Virus record (IMG/VR): IMGVR_UViG_3300015050_000882
Span: 5,006 to 69,005 of that record
Length of the DNA stretch: 64,000 bases
Source: a virus
Lineage: Duplodnaviria > Caudoviricetes
Direction: 5' to 3' (one strand)
Translations under genes and position numbers: made by a program
Shown: positions 36,938 through 45,432 of the stretch, piece after piece
Layout: each line of letters opens with the position of its first letter
How positions within the stretch are numbered: position 1 is the first letter of the stretch
The notes under the pieces: model-generated
Database searches by the model: none
What the model was told of the DNA's origin: nothing
What the model saw: only the letters and a program-made list of their open reading frames with translations

Positions 36938-37157
36938 CCTCCACCTCCCGGTCCCGGCGCAGCTGGTCCAGCTCCCGGAAGCGGTCGGCAATCCGGTCCA
37001 GCCAGTCGGTCATCAGCCCGTACTTCTCCACCCGGCACAGCTCGTGCGCCAGCTTGCTCAGCGCGTCCCCGTACCTGCGCTCAGCGTGCGACAACGCCAG
37101 CTCCCGGTCCAGGTGGACCACCCCGTCACACGTGATCCACGCCCTAGCCTTCTTCAC
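36918..37157 (-). CDS. Hypothetical protein
   Basis: Overlapping chain; start uncertain. Confidence 0.55.
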   Translation of the reverse strand: MKKARAWITCDGVVHLDRELALSHAERRYGDALSKLAHELCRVEKYGLMTDWLDRIADRFRELDQLRRDREVEDEDVDE

Positions 37158-37332
37158 GCTTGGCCCCCATCTCCTTGAAGCGGGTGTCCCCACTCGCTGC
37201 CAGCTTCACGAACACGCCCAGGTCCAGGGCCACCACCTTGTTCGTGTGGTCACCAACGGCCAGCCAGAGCTGGAAGCCATCGTCAGACAGGTACACCCCG
37301 TCACCCAGGTACTCATCAGGCCTCGCTGACAT
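37144..37332 (-). CDS. Small hypothetical protein
   Basis: EYLGDGVYLS motif. Confidence 0.7.
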   Translation of the reverse strand: MSARPDEYLGDGVYLSDDGFQLWLAVGDHTNKVVALDLGVFVKLAASGDTRFKEMGAKREEG

Positions 37333-37564
37333 GGGTCACCTCCACAGGCTCATCGCCCTCCTTGAGCTTCAGCTGGACCCACTTGGGGAGGACCTTCAGG
37401 TCAACCAGCACCCCGATCACCTCCAGGGTGACCTTGACGTGCTCGTGCGGCTCCATCGGGTCAATGATGATCCGGGACACGTCCATGACCTTCAGGAGGT
37501 CGGTTTCACCGGCCATCAGCCGGATGTCGCCCGTGGTTGGGCCACCCTCAATGCGCAGGGTCAC
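37316..37564 (-). CDS. Hypothetical protein
   Basis: Overlapping chain. Confidence 0.65.
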   Translation of the reverse strand: MTLRIEGGPTTGDIRLMAGETDLLKVMDVSRIIIDPMEPHEHVKVTLEVIGVLVDLKVLPKWVQLKLKEGDEPVEVTHVSEA

Positions 37565-37923
37565 CGCAGCACCTTGGGCATCTCGGCAACCGCCTGGCGC
37601 TCCCCGGGGACATAGGGCTTGGGCGGCACCGGCTGGTGGTGGGCGTACCGCAGCTTGCGGGCCGTGGAAGCCTTGAACTCAGCCCAGCTAACGTCAGGCA
37701 CGTCCTTGGCATCGCTCATCATCGTGGCGACGGCGGTGAAGTCGGTCATCTCCCGGCTGAGCATGTCGCGGTTGGTCCCGGCGTCAGGGTTGTCCGGGTT
37801 GTAGCTCTCAAAGCCGTGGCGCTGAATCTTGCTGACCGCCTTGATGACCTCAGCGGCCTTCTCAGCCAGCATGGCCAGGCGCTCCGCCTCGGCAGGGGTG
37901 AGCTTGTTGAAGTGTCCAGTCAT
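37561..37923 (-). CDS. MazG-like helical protein
   Basis: LAEKAAEVIKAVSKIQRHG, REMTDF. Confidence 0.6.
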   Translation of the reverse strand: MTGHFNKLTPAEAERLAMLAEKAAEVIKAVSKIQRHGFESYNPDNPDAGTNRDMLSREMTDFTAVATMMSDAKDVPDVSWAEFKASTARKLRYAHHQPVPPKPYVPGERQAVAEMPKVLR

Positions 37924-38102
37924 GATGACTTCCCTATGAGCATGATGATGCCCAGGGCGGCAGCCGCCCCAAGCAGGTTTGCGCCCCAGCGGGCCAGGTC
38001 CGGGAACAGCTCGTGGAGAGGCTCCCCGATGCCGCACCCGGCGAAGTAGATCAGGCCCAGGCAGCCCACCACCACGGGTGAGGTGACACCGCGCTTCTTC
38101 AA
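37920..38102 (-). CDS. Small two-TM membrane protein
   Basis: Two hydrophobic segments. Confidence 0.6.
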   Translation of the reverse strand: MKKRGVTSPVVVGCLGLIYFAGCGIGEPLHELFPDLARWGANLLGAAAALGIIMLIGKSS

Positions 38103-38620
38103 AGCGGCACCCGCATGAACTGCGCGCCCCGGAACATCTCGCCCAGGGCAGCCATCTCGGCAGGCGATGGCTTGATGTGGGGAGGCGGGAGGAGCTGGAG
38201 CAGCCGCCCCCCGGCCACGTCATTCCACTGCACCGGCCCCACGGCGGCCACGGAGCCGTCCCGGACAATCGGCATCATGGCCCCCAGCACACCATCAGGC
38301 CCCACCCCGTTGACCACGATGACCTCCTGGTGGTCTGGCTCCTCAGACACCGGCCCACGGTGCTCCTTGAACTGCTCAGCGGAGCGGGTCACCATCCACG
38401 CCTCGGACAGGATGATGTAGCGGTCCACGCCCTTCCAGAGGAAGAACAGGGTGATCATCCGCAGCGCATAGGACTTCTCCTGCTCGTTGCTCCAGGGGCA
38501 GGCGATGACGTGGCACTGGTTGCTCTCACGCTCCCAGGCGGTGACGTGCGCCAGCACCTCCTCCCCGGCCTCAACCTGCTTGGCAGCGGTCGCCAGGACA
38601 GCCTCCACTAATTCACGCAT
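38099..38620 (-). CDS. Hypothetical protein
   Basis: YIILSEAWMV motif; coupled. Confidence 0.75.
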   Translation of the reverse strand: MRELVEAVLATAAKQVEAGEEVLAHVTAWERESNQCHVIACPWSNEQEKSYALRMITLFFLWKGVDRYIILSEAWMVTRSAEQFKEHRGPVSEEPDHQEVIVVNGVGPDGVLGAMMPIVRDGSVAAVGPVQWNDVAGGRLLQLLPPPHIKPSPAEMAALGEMFRGAQFMRVPL

Positions 38621-38814
38621 TTCAGCTCTCCCTCATCCATGAGTGCGCCAAGGACCCAGCGCACCTCGTTGTCCGCCCCGAACATCGCGCCCAGGACCAC
38701 CGCCTTGGGCCACACCACAGGCTTCCCGGTCTTGCCGTCCATCAGTGGGGAGCCGTCCAGGTCCAGCCCACGCATCGGCCCGTTGCCGACAATCGCAATT
38801 GACCGGACCATCAC
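38608..38814 (-). CDS. Hypothetical protein
   Basis: Coupled chain. Confidence 0.6.
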   Translation of the reverse strand: MMVRSIAIVGNGPMRGLDLDGSPLMDGKTGKPVVWPKAVVLGAMFGADNEVRWVLGALMDEGELKCVN

Positions 38815-38999
38815 TGCGCCCTCGTGTCATAGCGCACGGCCAGGACGGGCCAGCCCACAAGGTCGTGCTGCGCCTTCAGGGCCTCAGCCGCTGCATCCGA
38901 CAACCCGCCCAGGGTCACCGACGCATCCACCATGATGCGCTTCATGTCCGTCCCACCCTGGGGGTGCTTGAGGACAAGGTCAAGGATGATCTGCTTCAT
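38811..38999 (-). CDS. Hypothetical protein, first gene of operon
   Basis: AGAAATGGAGCA leader. Confidence 0.7.
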   Translation of the reverse strand: MKQIILDLVLKHPQGGTDMKRIMVDASVTLGGLSDAAAEALKAQHDLVGWPVLAVRYDTRAQ

Positions 39000-39027
39000 T
39001 GTTGTGCTCCATTTCTAGGGTAGTCAC

Positions 39028-39064
39028 CCGGGGATAAGTTAGCGCCCGGGCACGCTGTAGTCAA
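39028..39064 (-). promoter_or_regulatory. Promoter with overlapping TTATCCCCGG box
   Basis: TTGACT-N17-TAACTT; box 39028-39037. Confidence 0.75.
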
Positions 39065-39078
39065 CTCAGGTCGGTTGC

Positions 39079-40287
39079 TCACACCCCCGGCTTCTTGGCG
39101 CGGGTCAGCTGCGTCTCCAGCACACCCTGGTACTCCACGTGGTCCTTCACGGTCGCGTCCAGGATGTAGGTGTTGCCCACGTCCATGATCCCCTCCCCGC
39201 TCTTGAACCAGGAGAACATGTTGCCCTCAGCGTCCCGCATCTTGTACAGGATGCACTCCCCGTACTGACTGGGGATGCCCCGGTTGGACAGCACGGTCAG
39301 CTCCAGCCCACGCAGGCGCTCCCCGATGGTCCCAACGTGCTTGCTGAGCACGGCCACCTCCCGCTCCCGGCGCTTCAGCTCCAGGACGCCCAGGTGGCGC
39401 TGGTGTGCGGCCACGGCGCTGCAGGCGTATCCCCGGCGCTTGGGCTCCACGACACCGGTGGAGAGGACCATCCACAGGTTCCACATGTACTCGCTGCAGC
39501 CCTCCTTGCGGGCCTCCTCCTCCACCCAGGCCATCGTGGCAGCGGCCTCCTCATAGTCGGCATCCAGCAGGGCAGCCCGCAGTGCAGCACGGTCCTCCTG
39601 TGCAGGCTTGTCGCTGGGGTGGCAGTAGAACCAGGCTGACACCTTGTAGGCAGTCGCCTGCCCCGCTGACTCAGGGGCACTCTTTGGCACCCAGCCCCAG
39701 AGGCGGATGGCCGTGGCCGTTACCGCCAGCAGCTCCAGGGCGGAGTCAGGCACTGAGGCACCCCCGGCCAGCGCCCAGTCATCGGTCCACTCCTTGGCCT
39801 CCCGGAGGAAGCGGAAGCGGGCAGCCACAGACGCGGGAGTGTCCGTGCCCATGTAGTCCCGCAGGCAGGTCCTGCCCACCTGGACATAGGCTCCAGCCGG
39901 GTCCCGGACCACAAAGAGGTCCTTGCGGCTCCGGGCCTTCTTGCAGTGCTCGCACTCGCCTGTGGAGTGGCGGAAGTGCTCAGGCAGCTCCTCCCCCGGG
40001 ATGGCGTCAATGATGGTCCCGGCCTCTGTCCGCTCCAGGCGTGCGATGAACTTGTAGTCACCCACCTTGGGTGCCTCCAGCGTGGTGAATTTCAGGTCGC
40101 AGACCATGACGGTGATCTTGCGCATGTTCTCGTCAAGGCGCACCTCAGGGCGGGGAGCCGACACGGTCCACATGATGCGTGGGGTCCCGTACCGCTCCGC
40201 CTTGGCGGCCAGCTTCTTGAGCTCGTGGACGGCATCCGCGATGCGGCCTGCCAGGACGGTGACTGTGTTGGGGTCTTGGGCTTCCAT
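39079..40287 (-). CDS. Zn-finger plus C-terminal OB-fold-like protein
   Basis: CEHC...VGRTC; HVGTIGER...ATVKDH. Confidence 0.75.
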   Translation of the reverse strand: MEAQDPNTVTVLAGRIADAVHELKKLAAKAERYGTPRIMWTVSAPRPEVRLDENMRKITVMVCDLKFTTLEAPKVGDYKFIARLERTEAGTIIDAIPGEELPEHFRHSTGECEHCKKARSRKDLFVVRDPAGAYVQVGRTCLRDYMGTDTPASVAARFRFLREAKEWTDDWALAGGASVPDSALELLAVTATAIRLWGWVPKSAPESAGQATAYKVSAWFYCHPSDKPAQEDRAALRAALLDADYEEAAATMAWVEEEARKEGCSEYMWNLWMVLSTGVVEPKRRGYACSAVAAHQRHLGVLELKRREREVAVLSKHVGTIGERLRGLELTVLSNRGIPSQYGECILYKMRDAEGNMFSWFKSGEGIMDVGNTYILDATVKDHVEYQGVLETQLTRAKKPGV

Positions 40288-40298
40288 GGCGGTGCTCC

Positions 40299-40568
40299 TC
40301 AGCAGAAGGGTGCGTTGAGATACATGTTCAGGTCGGGATAGCGGGCCTCAGTCAGCGCCTCCCAGGTGCGGGAGGTCGTGACCTGGCCGCCCGCGTATGC
40401 CCGCTGGAAGGCGGTGGACTTGGAGGCGATGAGGGCCACCTGGTCCATGCCCTCCTGGGAGGGCGGGTGGGCTCCAACCCACTCCTCTGCCAGGGGGATG
40501 TAGTGGAGGGCGGGTGCGCCCCGGCCCGTGGCCTCATAGGCGATGGCGATGAGCTCAACGATGGTCAT
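40299..40568 (-). CDS. Hypothetical protein
   Basis: Fills gap; start uncertain. Confidence 0.55.
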   Translation of the reverse strand: MTIVELIAIAYEATGRGAPALHYIPLAEEWVGAHPPSQEGMDQVALIASKSTAFQRAYAGGQVTTSRTWEALTEARYPDLNMYLNAPFC

Positions 40569-40570
40569 GA

Positions 40571-40783
40571 TCAGCGCCCGATCCCGTTGATGTAAGCCTG
40601 GCCGGGTTTGACCCAGTCGGCCACGGCCAGCTGGATGCCGATGCCGCCCACGTCCCGCCAGGCGTTCATGTAGTTGTAGGGGAGCTTCCCCCGGCTGACC
40701 GCCCGGGCGATGAGGCGGTGAAGGTTGCTCCCGGCGGGGAGGATGATGAACTTGTGCGGGTGGGTTCCCATGTCGCTCTTCAT
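40571..40783 (-). CDS. Hypothetical protein
   Basis: ORF track, RBS. Confidence 0.6.
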   Translation of the reverse strand: MKSDMGTHPHKFIILPAGSNLHRLIARAVSRGKLPYNYMNAWRDVGGIGIQLAVADWVKPGQAYINGIGR

Positions 40784-40785
40784 GA

Positions 40786-41157
40786 TCAGGCTCTCCGGTT
40801 GTAGGTGGTGGTGATGCCGATGGCGGCGTTGAGGGCGATGCGGACGCGCTCCATGTCGGTGAGCTTCCCGGCCAGGAGTGCGTTGACCTCTGACTCCTCC
40901 TGGATGGCCCGGACCTTGGCCCGGTTCTCCCGTGCGGCCCTGACCCGGGCCTGCTGCTCCTCAAGGCGCTGGGCCTTGCTCTCCGGGCTGTTGTACAGCG
41001 CCTCTGCGGCCTTCTGGGCCTTGATGAAGCCGTGCTCCCAGAAGTCCCGGGCCTTGCCCTTGGGCTGGAGGAGGCGCTGGGTGAAGCTCTTGCCCTCTGC
41101 GTGGGCGGCTTCCCCGGCCTTGAATGCGGCGGTGAGGGTGGCGTTGTCCATGGTCAC
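40786..41157 (-). CDS. Hypothetical helical protein
   Basis: Coupled ORF. Confidence 0.65.
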   Translation of the reverse strand: MTMDNATLTAAFKAGEAAHAEGKSFTQRLLQPKGKARDFWEHGFIKAQKAAEALYNSPESKAQRLEEQQARVRAARENRAKVRAIQEESEVNALLAGKLTDMERVRIALNAAIGITTTYNRRA

Positions 41158-41339
41158 ACCTCCAGCCAGTCGGTGTCGTTCTGGACGAACAGGGTGCCGT
41201 CTGCGTCGCGGAAGGCGGCGATGTTGTTGCCCCGGTCGATGAAGTATTCAAAGCCGTCCTGGCGGTGGACGGCCAGCCCGGTCGTGCGGGCGGCGATGAC
41301 GGCGGTGGTGGCGGCTGCGGTGGTGAGGGTCGGGTTCAT
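41154..41339 (-). CDS. Small hypothetical protein, first gene of operon
   Basis: AGAAATGGAGCA leader. Confidence 0.65.
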   Translation of the reverse strand: MNPTLTTAAATTAVIAARTTGLAVHRQDGFEYFIDRGNNIAAFRDADGTLFVQNDTDWLEV

Positions 41340-41386
41340 CGGGGTGCTCCATTTCTAGGGCAGGGCCAGCGTGGCCCCACCCCTCC

Positions 41387-41415
41387 TAAATAGCACCCAA
41401 CCGGGGATAAGTCAA
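41387..41415 (-). promoter_or_regulatory. Promoter with TTATCCCCGG box in spacer
   Basis: TTGACT-N17-TATTTA; box 41401-41410. Confidence 0.7.
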
Positions 41416-41446
41416 GCCCCCAGCGACAACTTTCTTGCTGAGTTGG

Positions 41447-42634
41447 CTAAAAATCGGTGCTTGAGTGCCCCGCAATCGGCTTGGACAGGTCAGCGCCCAA
41501 GGCATAGGCGGCCAGCCGGTCCCGGTGGTGGGAAGCCTGTGCCCAGGAGGACAGACCGCCCTTGGCCAGGAATTGCTCATACAGGTGGCCGACCAGCGTC
41601 ACAAGGTCCCCGCCCAGGGCCTCCGCATTCACGAACACGATGCGCTGCCCCGCGTGCCACTGGGCCACCTTCCCCGGCCCCAGGTCGGTGACCACCTGGA
41701 CGTGCGGCCTGATCGGGTCCAGCCCCAGGCGCTTCAGGCTCTCCATCGCCAGCACCAGGCGCTCCTCCTGGCCCGCAGTCAGGCTGGCCTCCCGGAAGTC
41801 CCCCCGGGTCTGGGTGTCGCGGTCCACCATCTTGCGCACCGGGCTGTCCTTGGGGTGGCTGCTGTACCTGGCCTTGGCCGCTGCCAGGAAGCTCCCGGAG
41901 CGGTTGCCGCTGTTGCTGAAGTCCAGCTTGCGGTCCCAGGTGTCCCGCCCGCTCAGCAGCTGGTCGTGAAACTCCGGGCTGTCCAGGGAGGGGATGAGGG
42001 TGGACAGCTTCCACTCCATGTCAAACTGGCTCTCAAAGGTCCGGTCCTCAGTCAGGGTCATCTCGGTGAGGATGTTGTAGCTGAAGGCCAGCTCCTCAGG
42101 GAGCACCCCGGCCCTCACGCCCCGGTAGTACACAAACTGGCTGGGGCCAGCGTACACCTCCAGGCTCTCATTGCGGGCAATCGGCTCCCCCTGGATGAAG
42201 ATGGCAGACCGGGCGTGGAAGATGGCCTCAAAGTCCTCCCCATCAACCTCAATGACGGTGTCAGCGTCTGCGTCCTCCCGGTGGTGGGTGATCTCCCCGC
42301 CCTCATCCAGGCAGTTGCTGTGCAGCTCCCGGTATGCCTGCCACAGCTCCCAGTTGCGGCCCAGAGAGGTCGCAAATGACAGGCGCTCCTCCCCCATGTA
42401 CACAACGTCCACCTCCTGCCCACGGATAAGCTCCGCCCGGGCGGTGAACTCCAGCGGCTCAAAGCCCACCCGGCGGAGCGTGACGCGGCAGCCCTCCCGC
42501 AGGAGGACGGCCAGGCCAAACTTGATGCCGGTCCCGAAGTATCCGATGGGGTTGGGGCGCTCCTTGACCGACACCCCGGAGATGCGGATCAGGTCCAGGT
42601 CCAGGATGCCGGGGTTGCCGAAGTACACAGTCAC
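41447..42634 (-). CDS. GHKL/Hsp90-like ATPase-domain protein
   Basis: IGYFGTGIKFGLAVLLREG. Confidence 0.7.
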   Translation of the reverse strand: MTVYFGNPGILDLDLIRISGVSVKERPNPIGYFGTGIKFGLAVLLREGCRVTLRRVGFEPLEFTARAELIRGQEVDVVYMGEERLSFATSLGRNWELWQAYRELHSNCLDEGGEITHHREDADADTVIEVDGEDFEAIFHARSAIFIQGEPIARNESLEVYAGPSQFVYYRGVRAGVLPEELAFSYNILTEMTLTEDRTFESQFDMEWKLSTLIPSLDSPEFHDQLLSGRDTWDRKLDFSNSGNRSGSFLAAAKARYSSHPKDSPVRKMVDRDTQTRGDFREASLTAGQEERLVLAMESLKRLGLDPIRPHVQVVTDLGPGKVAQWHAGQRIVFVNAEALGGDLVTLVGHLYEQFLAKGGLSSWAQASHHRDRLAAYALGADLSKPIAGHSSTDF

Positions 42635-43146
42635 TTGAGCCACTCCTTGTTGTCGCGCAGGTCCATCAGCATCATGCCCAGGGCATTCTGGCCGGTCCAC
42701 TTCCCGCTGGGCCGGTCCTCCACGACACCCCACACCCGGTCATTCCACGTGTTGCCCTCATAGATGCGGCGCTTGCCGGTCTTGTCCAGCAGCTCCACAA
42801 GGTGCGGGTGCTGGCGAAACTTGGCCACCAGCACCTCCCACATCACGTGGTACTTCTCAGTGTCCCAGTCAGGCCACATCTTGACCTTCTGGCCCCGGAC
42901 CTTGCATGGTCCCGGTCCCTGGGCGTCCCGGACCCAGTGGTGCTCCAGCCGGTTGTCCGCCTTGGCGGCCTGGTAGGCATGCTCACTGGTCTGGTACAGC
43001 ATCGGCCCCCAGCCCACGTCCACCTCCACCGGGGTCAGGGCGAAGTTATCCAGACCGGACCACTTGCCGCTGAAGATGTACATGATGTCCCCCCGCTTGG
43101 GGCGGAAGGTCTGGCTGGGGTAGTCTGCGGCAGTCTTGCGGATCAT
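42631..43146 (-). CDS. NADAR (YbiA-like) family protein
   Basis: TSEHAYQAAK, KFRQHP, EGNTWNDRVWG, GQNALGMMLMDLR. Confidence 0.9.
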   Translation of the reverse strand: MIRKTAADYPSQTFRPKRGDIMYIFSGKWSGLDNFALTPVEVDVGWGPMLYQTSEHAYQAAKADNRLEHHWVRDAQGPGPCKVRGQKVKMWPDWDTEKYHVMWEVLVAKFRQHPHLVELLDKTGKRRIYEGNTWNDRVWGVVEDRPSGKWTGQNALGMMLMDLRDNKEWLK

Positions 43147-43361
43147 GTCTTTCTCCTTGTCATGTCGGCAGGGTGCTTCTGGCCCTGGAAGTTGATGTGG
43201 ATCACGTTCACCTCGTGGCGCTTGCCCCAGACCTGGATGCCCTCCCGGGTGAAGCCCACCTCCAGCTGACCCCAGTCCCGGGGGGACACCCCGTCAGGGC
43301 GCTCCTCCAGGCACAGGCCACAGTGGCAGTAGGCACTGATGTTGAGGTCGTTGCTGCTCAC
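43143..43361 (-). CDS. Small Cys-rich protein
   Basis: YCHCGLC; GTGA coupling. Confidence 0.65.
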   Translation of the reverse strand: MSSNDLNISAYCHCGLCLEERPDGVSPRDWGQLEVGFTREGIQVWGKRHEVNVIHINFQGQKHPADMTRRKT

Positions 43362-44038
43362 AGCGCACCCCCCGGGGTCACGGTCCCGGCCTGGAGGTCC
43401 ACTGACCACCAGAAGCCCATCCCGAACACCTGGCACACCATCCCCGCGTCCCGCCAGTCGATGACGATGAGCTCATCATCCCTCATGCAGGTCACAGCGT
43501 TGGGGGAAGCTCCCTCAATGGCCAGGCGCACCGCCCTCATGCAGGTCACAGCGTTGGGGGAAGCTCCCTCAATGGCCAGGCGCACCGCCCTGAGCGGCTT
43601 GTAGAAGTGCCCACCGGCCAGCAGCTGGTAGATCGCCTCAGGCGTGGCCACCGGCTGGGGGTCAACCTCCATGGCTGCGTCCTCCCCTGGGCGGTCGTCA
43701 GCCAGCCACATCTCGCACAGCTCCCCCAGGCTGAGGGCATCGGGGATGACGATGACATGCTCACCGTGCTGCACCTCCCCGTCCCGGCAGGCGGTCCCCC
43801 GGCGGGTGACCATCCCGGTGAAGCCCTGGTTGTGGAGCAGGCTGTCCCACAGGTGGGCGTCCTGCACCGCCTCCTCCACGTCCTCCCGGACGCGCTGCCA
43901 TACCACCTGCGGCACGCCCTCCTGGCTGTAGGCCCAGACGGTGGCCTTCACCCGGCCATCCAGCTCCCGGTCCACGCTGAGGGTCTGCCCCAGGACCGGC
44001 TCCGCCACCGCGATGGCGATGTTGAGGATGCCCTTCAT
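43358..44038 (-). CDS. Hypothetical protein with 18-aa tandem duplication
   Basis: RAVRLAIEGASPNAVTCM twice. Confidence 0.65.
   Translation of the reverse strand: MKGILNIAIAVAEPVLGQTLSVDRELDGRVKATVWAYSQEGVPQVVWQRVREDVEEAVQDAHLWDSLLHNQGFTGMVTRRGTACRDGEVQHGEHVIVIPDALSLGELCEMWLADDRPGEDAAMEVDPQPVATPEAIYQLLAGGHFYKPLRAVRLAIEGASPNAVTCMRAVRLAIEGASPNAVTCMRDDELIVIDWRDAGMVCQVFGMGFWWSVDLQAGTVTPGGAL
43480..43591. repeat. Perfect 54-bp tandem duplication
   Basis: Units start at 43480 and 43534; CCCT microhomology. Confidence 0.95.
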
Positions 44039-44301
44039 GCTGTGGCCTCCTCTGCCTTGGCCTCAATCTCCTGCAGGGCCTCAATGGCCGTGTCCAGGCT
44101 GTCCATGATCTCGCCCAAGGCGTCAATCGCGGCCTGGGCCTTCTCCCCCTTGTCCCCGGCCTGGATGCCCTCAGGCATGTTGTCGTAAAAGTCCTGCTCC
44201 TCTGACTGGGCGTTCTCAATGTCGGACTTGATCTGCTCCAGGGTCCCGATGTCCAGGAGCTTGAGGGCCTCCTGGATGACCTTGCGGCGTGCGTTGTTCA
44301 T
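44035..44301 (-). CDS. Acidic helical hypothetical protein
   Basis: MNNARRK, DNMPEG. Confidence 0.75.
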   Translation of the reverse strand: MNNARRKVIQEALKLLDIGTLEQIKSDIENAQSEEQDFYDNMPEGIQAGDKGEKAQAAIDALGEIMDSLDTAIEALQEIEAKAEEATA

Positions 44302-44319
44302 GGTGTGTGCTCCTTTGGT

Positions 44320-44616
44320 TCAGTTGAGGTCTGCGAAGGGCTTGATGTAGTCCAGCGCGGCTTGGGGGAGAGGGCGGGAGGTCCGGGTGACGATGCGCTT
44401 GCGCGCCCCCACCTTCTGGATGTGGAGCCACCCGAAGTGGGCCACCGCCTCAATCTTGAGGACGGCGTTGGGGTTGCCCCGCCCGCTGGTCCCCCAGATC
44501 GCCTCGGTGGCGTCTGTCATGGTGATGGCTGTCCGCTTGTTGCGGGTCATGTAGTCCTGAACGTGGGCCGCAAGTTGCGCGGCTTTCTCGTTGGCGGTTT
44601 GGGCCAGGTCAGACAT
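44320..44616 (-). CDS. Possible winged-helix protein
   Basis: Size and helix-wing pattern. Confidence 0.55.
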   Translation of the reverse strand: MSDLAQTANEKAAQLAAHVQDYMTRNKRTAITMTDATEAIWGTSGRGNPNAVLKIEAVAHFGWLHIQKVGARKRIVTRTSRPLPQAALDYIKPFADLN

Positions 44617-44761
44617 GGCGGCGTGCTCCCTTGGTGTGAGCTTTGGCCTTGACCGGCTTGCGGTAGTGCGGGTTGGTGGTGCCCCAGTGGGCTGCCCAGA
44701 GGACGCCCCCGCCCAGGGCGATGAGCTCCCACTGTCCGGCGAGTGCGATGAGGATGTCCAT
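44609..44761 (-). CDS. Small membrane protein (50 aa)
   Basis: Hand translation MDILIALAGQWELIALGGGVLWAAHW; AAGGAG RBS. Confidence 0.55.
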   Translation of the reverse strand: MDILIALAGQWELIALGGGVLWAAHWGTTNPHYRKPVKAKAHTKGARRHV

Positions 44762-44815
44762 GATGTGCTCCTTGTGTGCGGGGTGGAGGGGAGCCTGCGC
44801 GGCTCCCCCGGGTGA

Positions 44816-45226
44816 TCAGAAGGACGGATTTTGCTTGTACACGTGGCCGTGGGTCAGGCTCCAGGTCCCGCCCTCCATCTTCCAGCCGCCGGTGAGCTTG
44901 CGGCGGTAGAACCGCTTGCCCTCGGTGGTGGTGATGATGAGGGTCTTGCTGACCTTGGCGACGTGGCCACAGGGGTAGCTGTCCCCGTTGAAGGCGTAGC
45001 TGACCGGGTCCCCAACCTGCGGGACCGCAGCGATGTCAAAGCGGGGATAGTGGTGGGTGCCGTTGTCCACCGCGACGTGGGGCTTGCCGGTGAAGGTCGT
45101 GGCCTCCTGGGCGACGGCTTCCACGGTGGCGAAGTCCTTCCAGTCGTTGCGGTTTTCACCGCCGTGGCGGTACTCGGTGGTCAGCTCGGTGATCTTGCCG
45201 TCTGCGTCGCGGATGATGGTGATCAT
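44816..45226 (-). CDS. Hypothetical protein, first gene of operon
   Basis: AGAAATGGAGCA leader. Confidence 0.75.
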   Translation of the reverse strand: MITIIRDADGKITELTTEYRHGGENRNDWKDFATVEAVAQEATTFTGKPHVAVDNGTHHYPRFDIAAVPQVGDPVSYAFNGDSYPCGHVAKVSKTLIITTTEGKRFYRRKLTGGWKMEGGTWSLTHGHVYKQNPSF

Positions 45227-45269
45227 TTTGGTGCTCCATTTCTGTCGGGCCAGGTGTGGCCTCTCCCCT

Positions 45270-45298
45270 AACTTAGGTGCTGACCGGGGATAAGTCAA
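45270..45298 (-). promoter_or_regulatory. Promoter with TTATCCCCGG box in spacer
   Basis: TTGACT-N17-TAAGTT; box 45284-45293. Confidence 0.75.
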
Positions 45299-45330
45299 GC
45301 CCCCACGGGCAACTTTCTTGCTGAGGTCGG

Positions 45331-45367
45331 AAGAAAAGCACCCCGGGAGCTGGCGGTGCTCCCGGGG
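45331..45367 (-). terminator. Rho-independent terminator after AAA gene
   Basis: CCCCGGGAGC-N7-GCTCCCGGGG then TGCTTTTCTT. Confidence 0.75.
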
Positions 45368-45432
45368 CAGGGCTGGGGCGACAATGGAGCACAAAACCGC
45401 CACAGCCTTTGGTGTAGGTCGGCAGTGCCGAC

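Noticed and set aside
43480-43591. CRISPR-like array
   Set aside because: Two contiguous units, no spacers, inside a coding frame.
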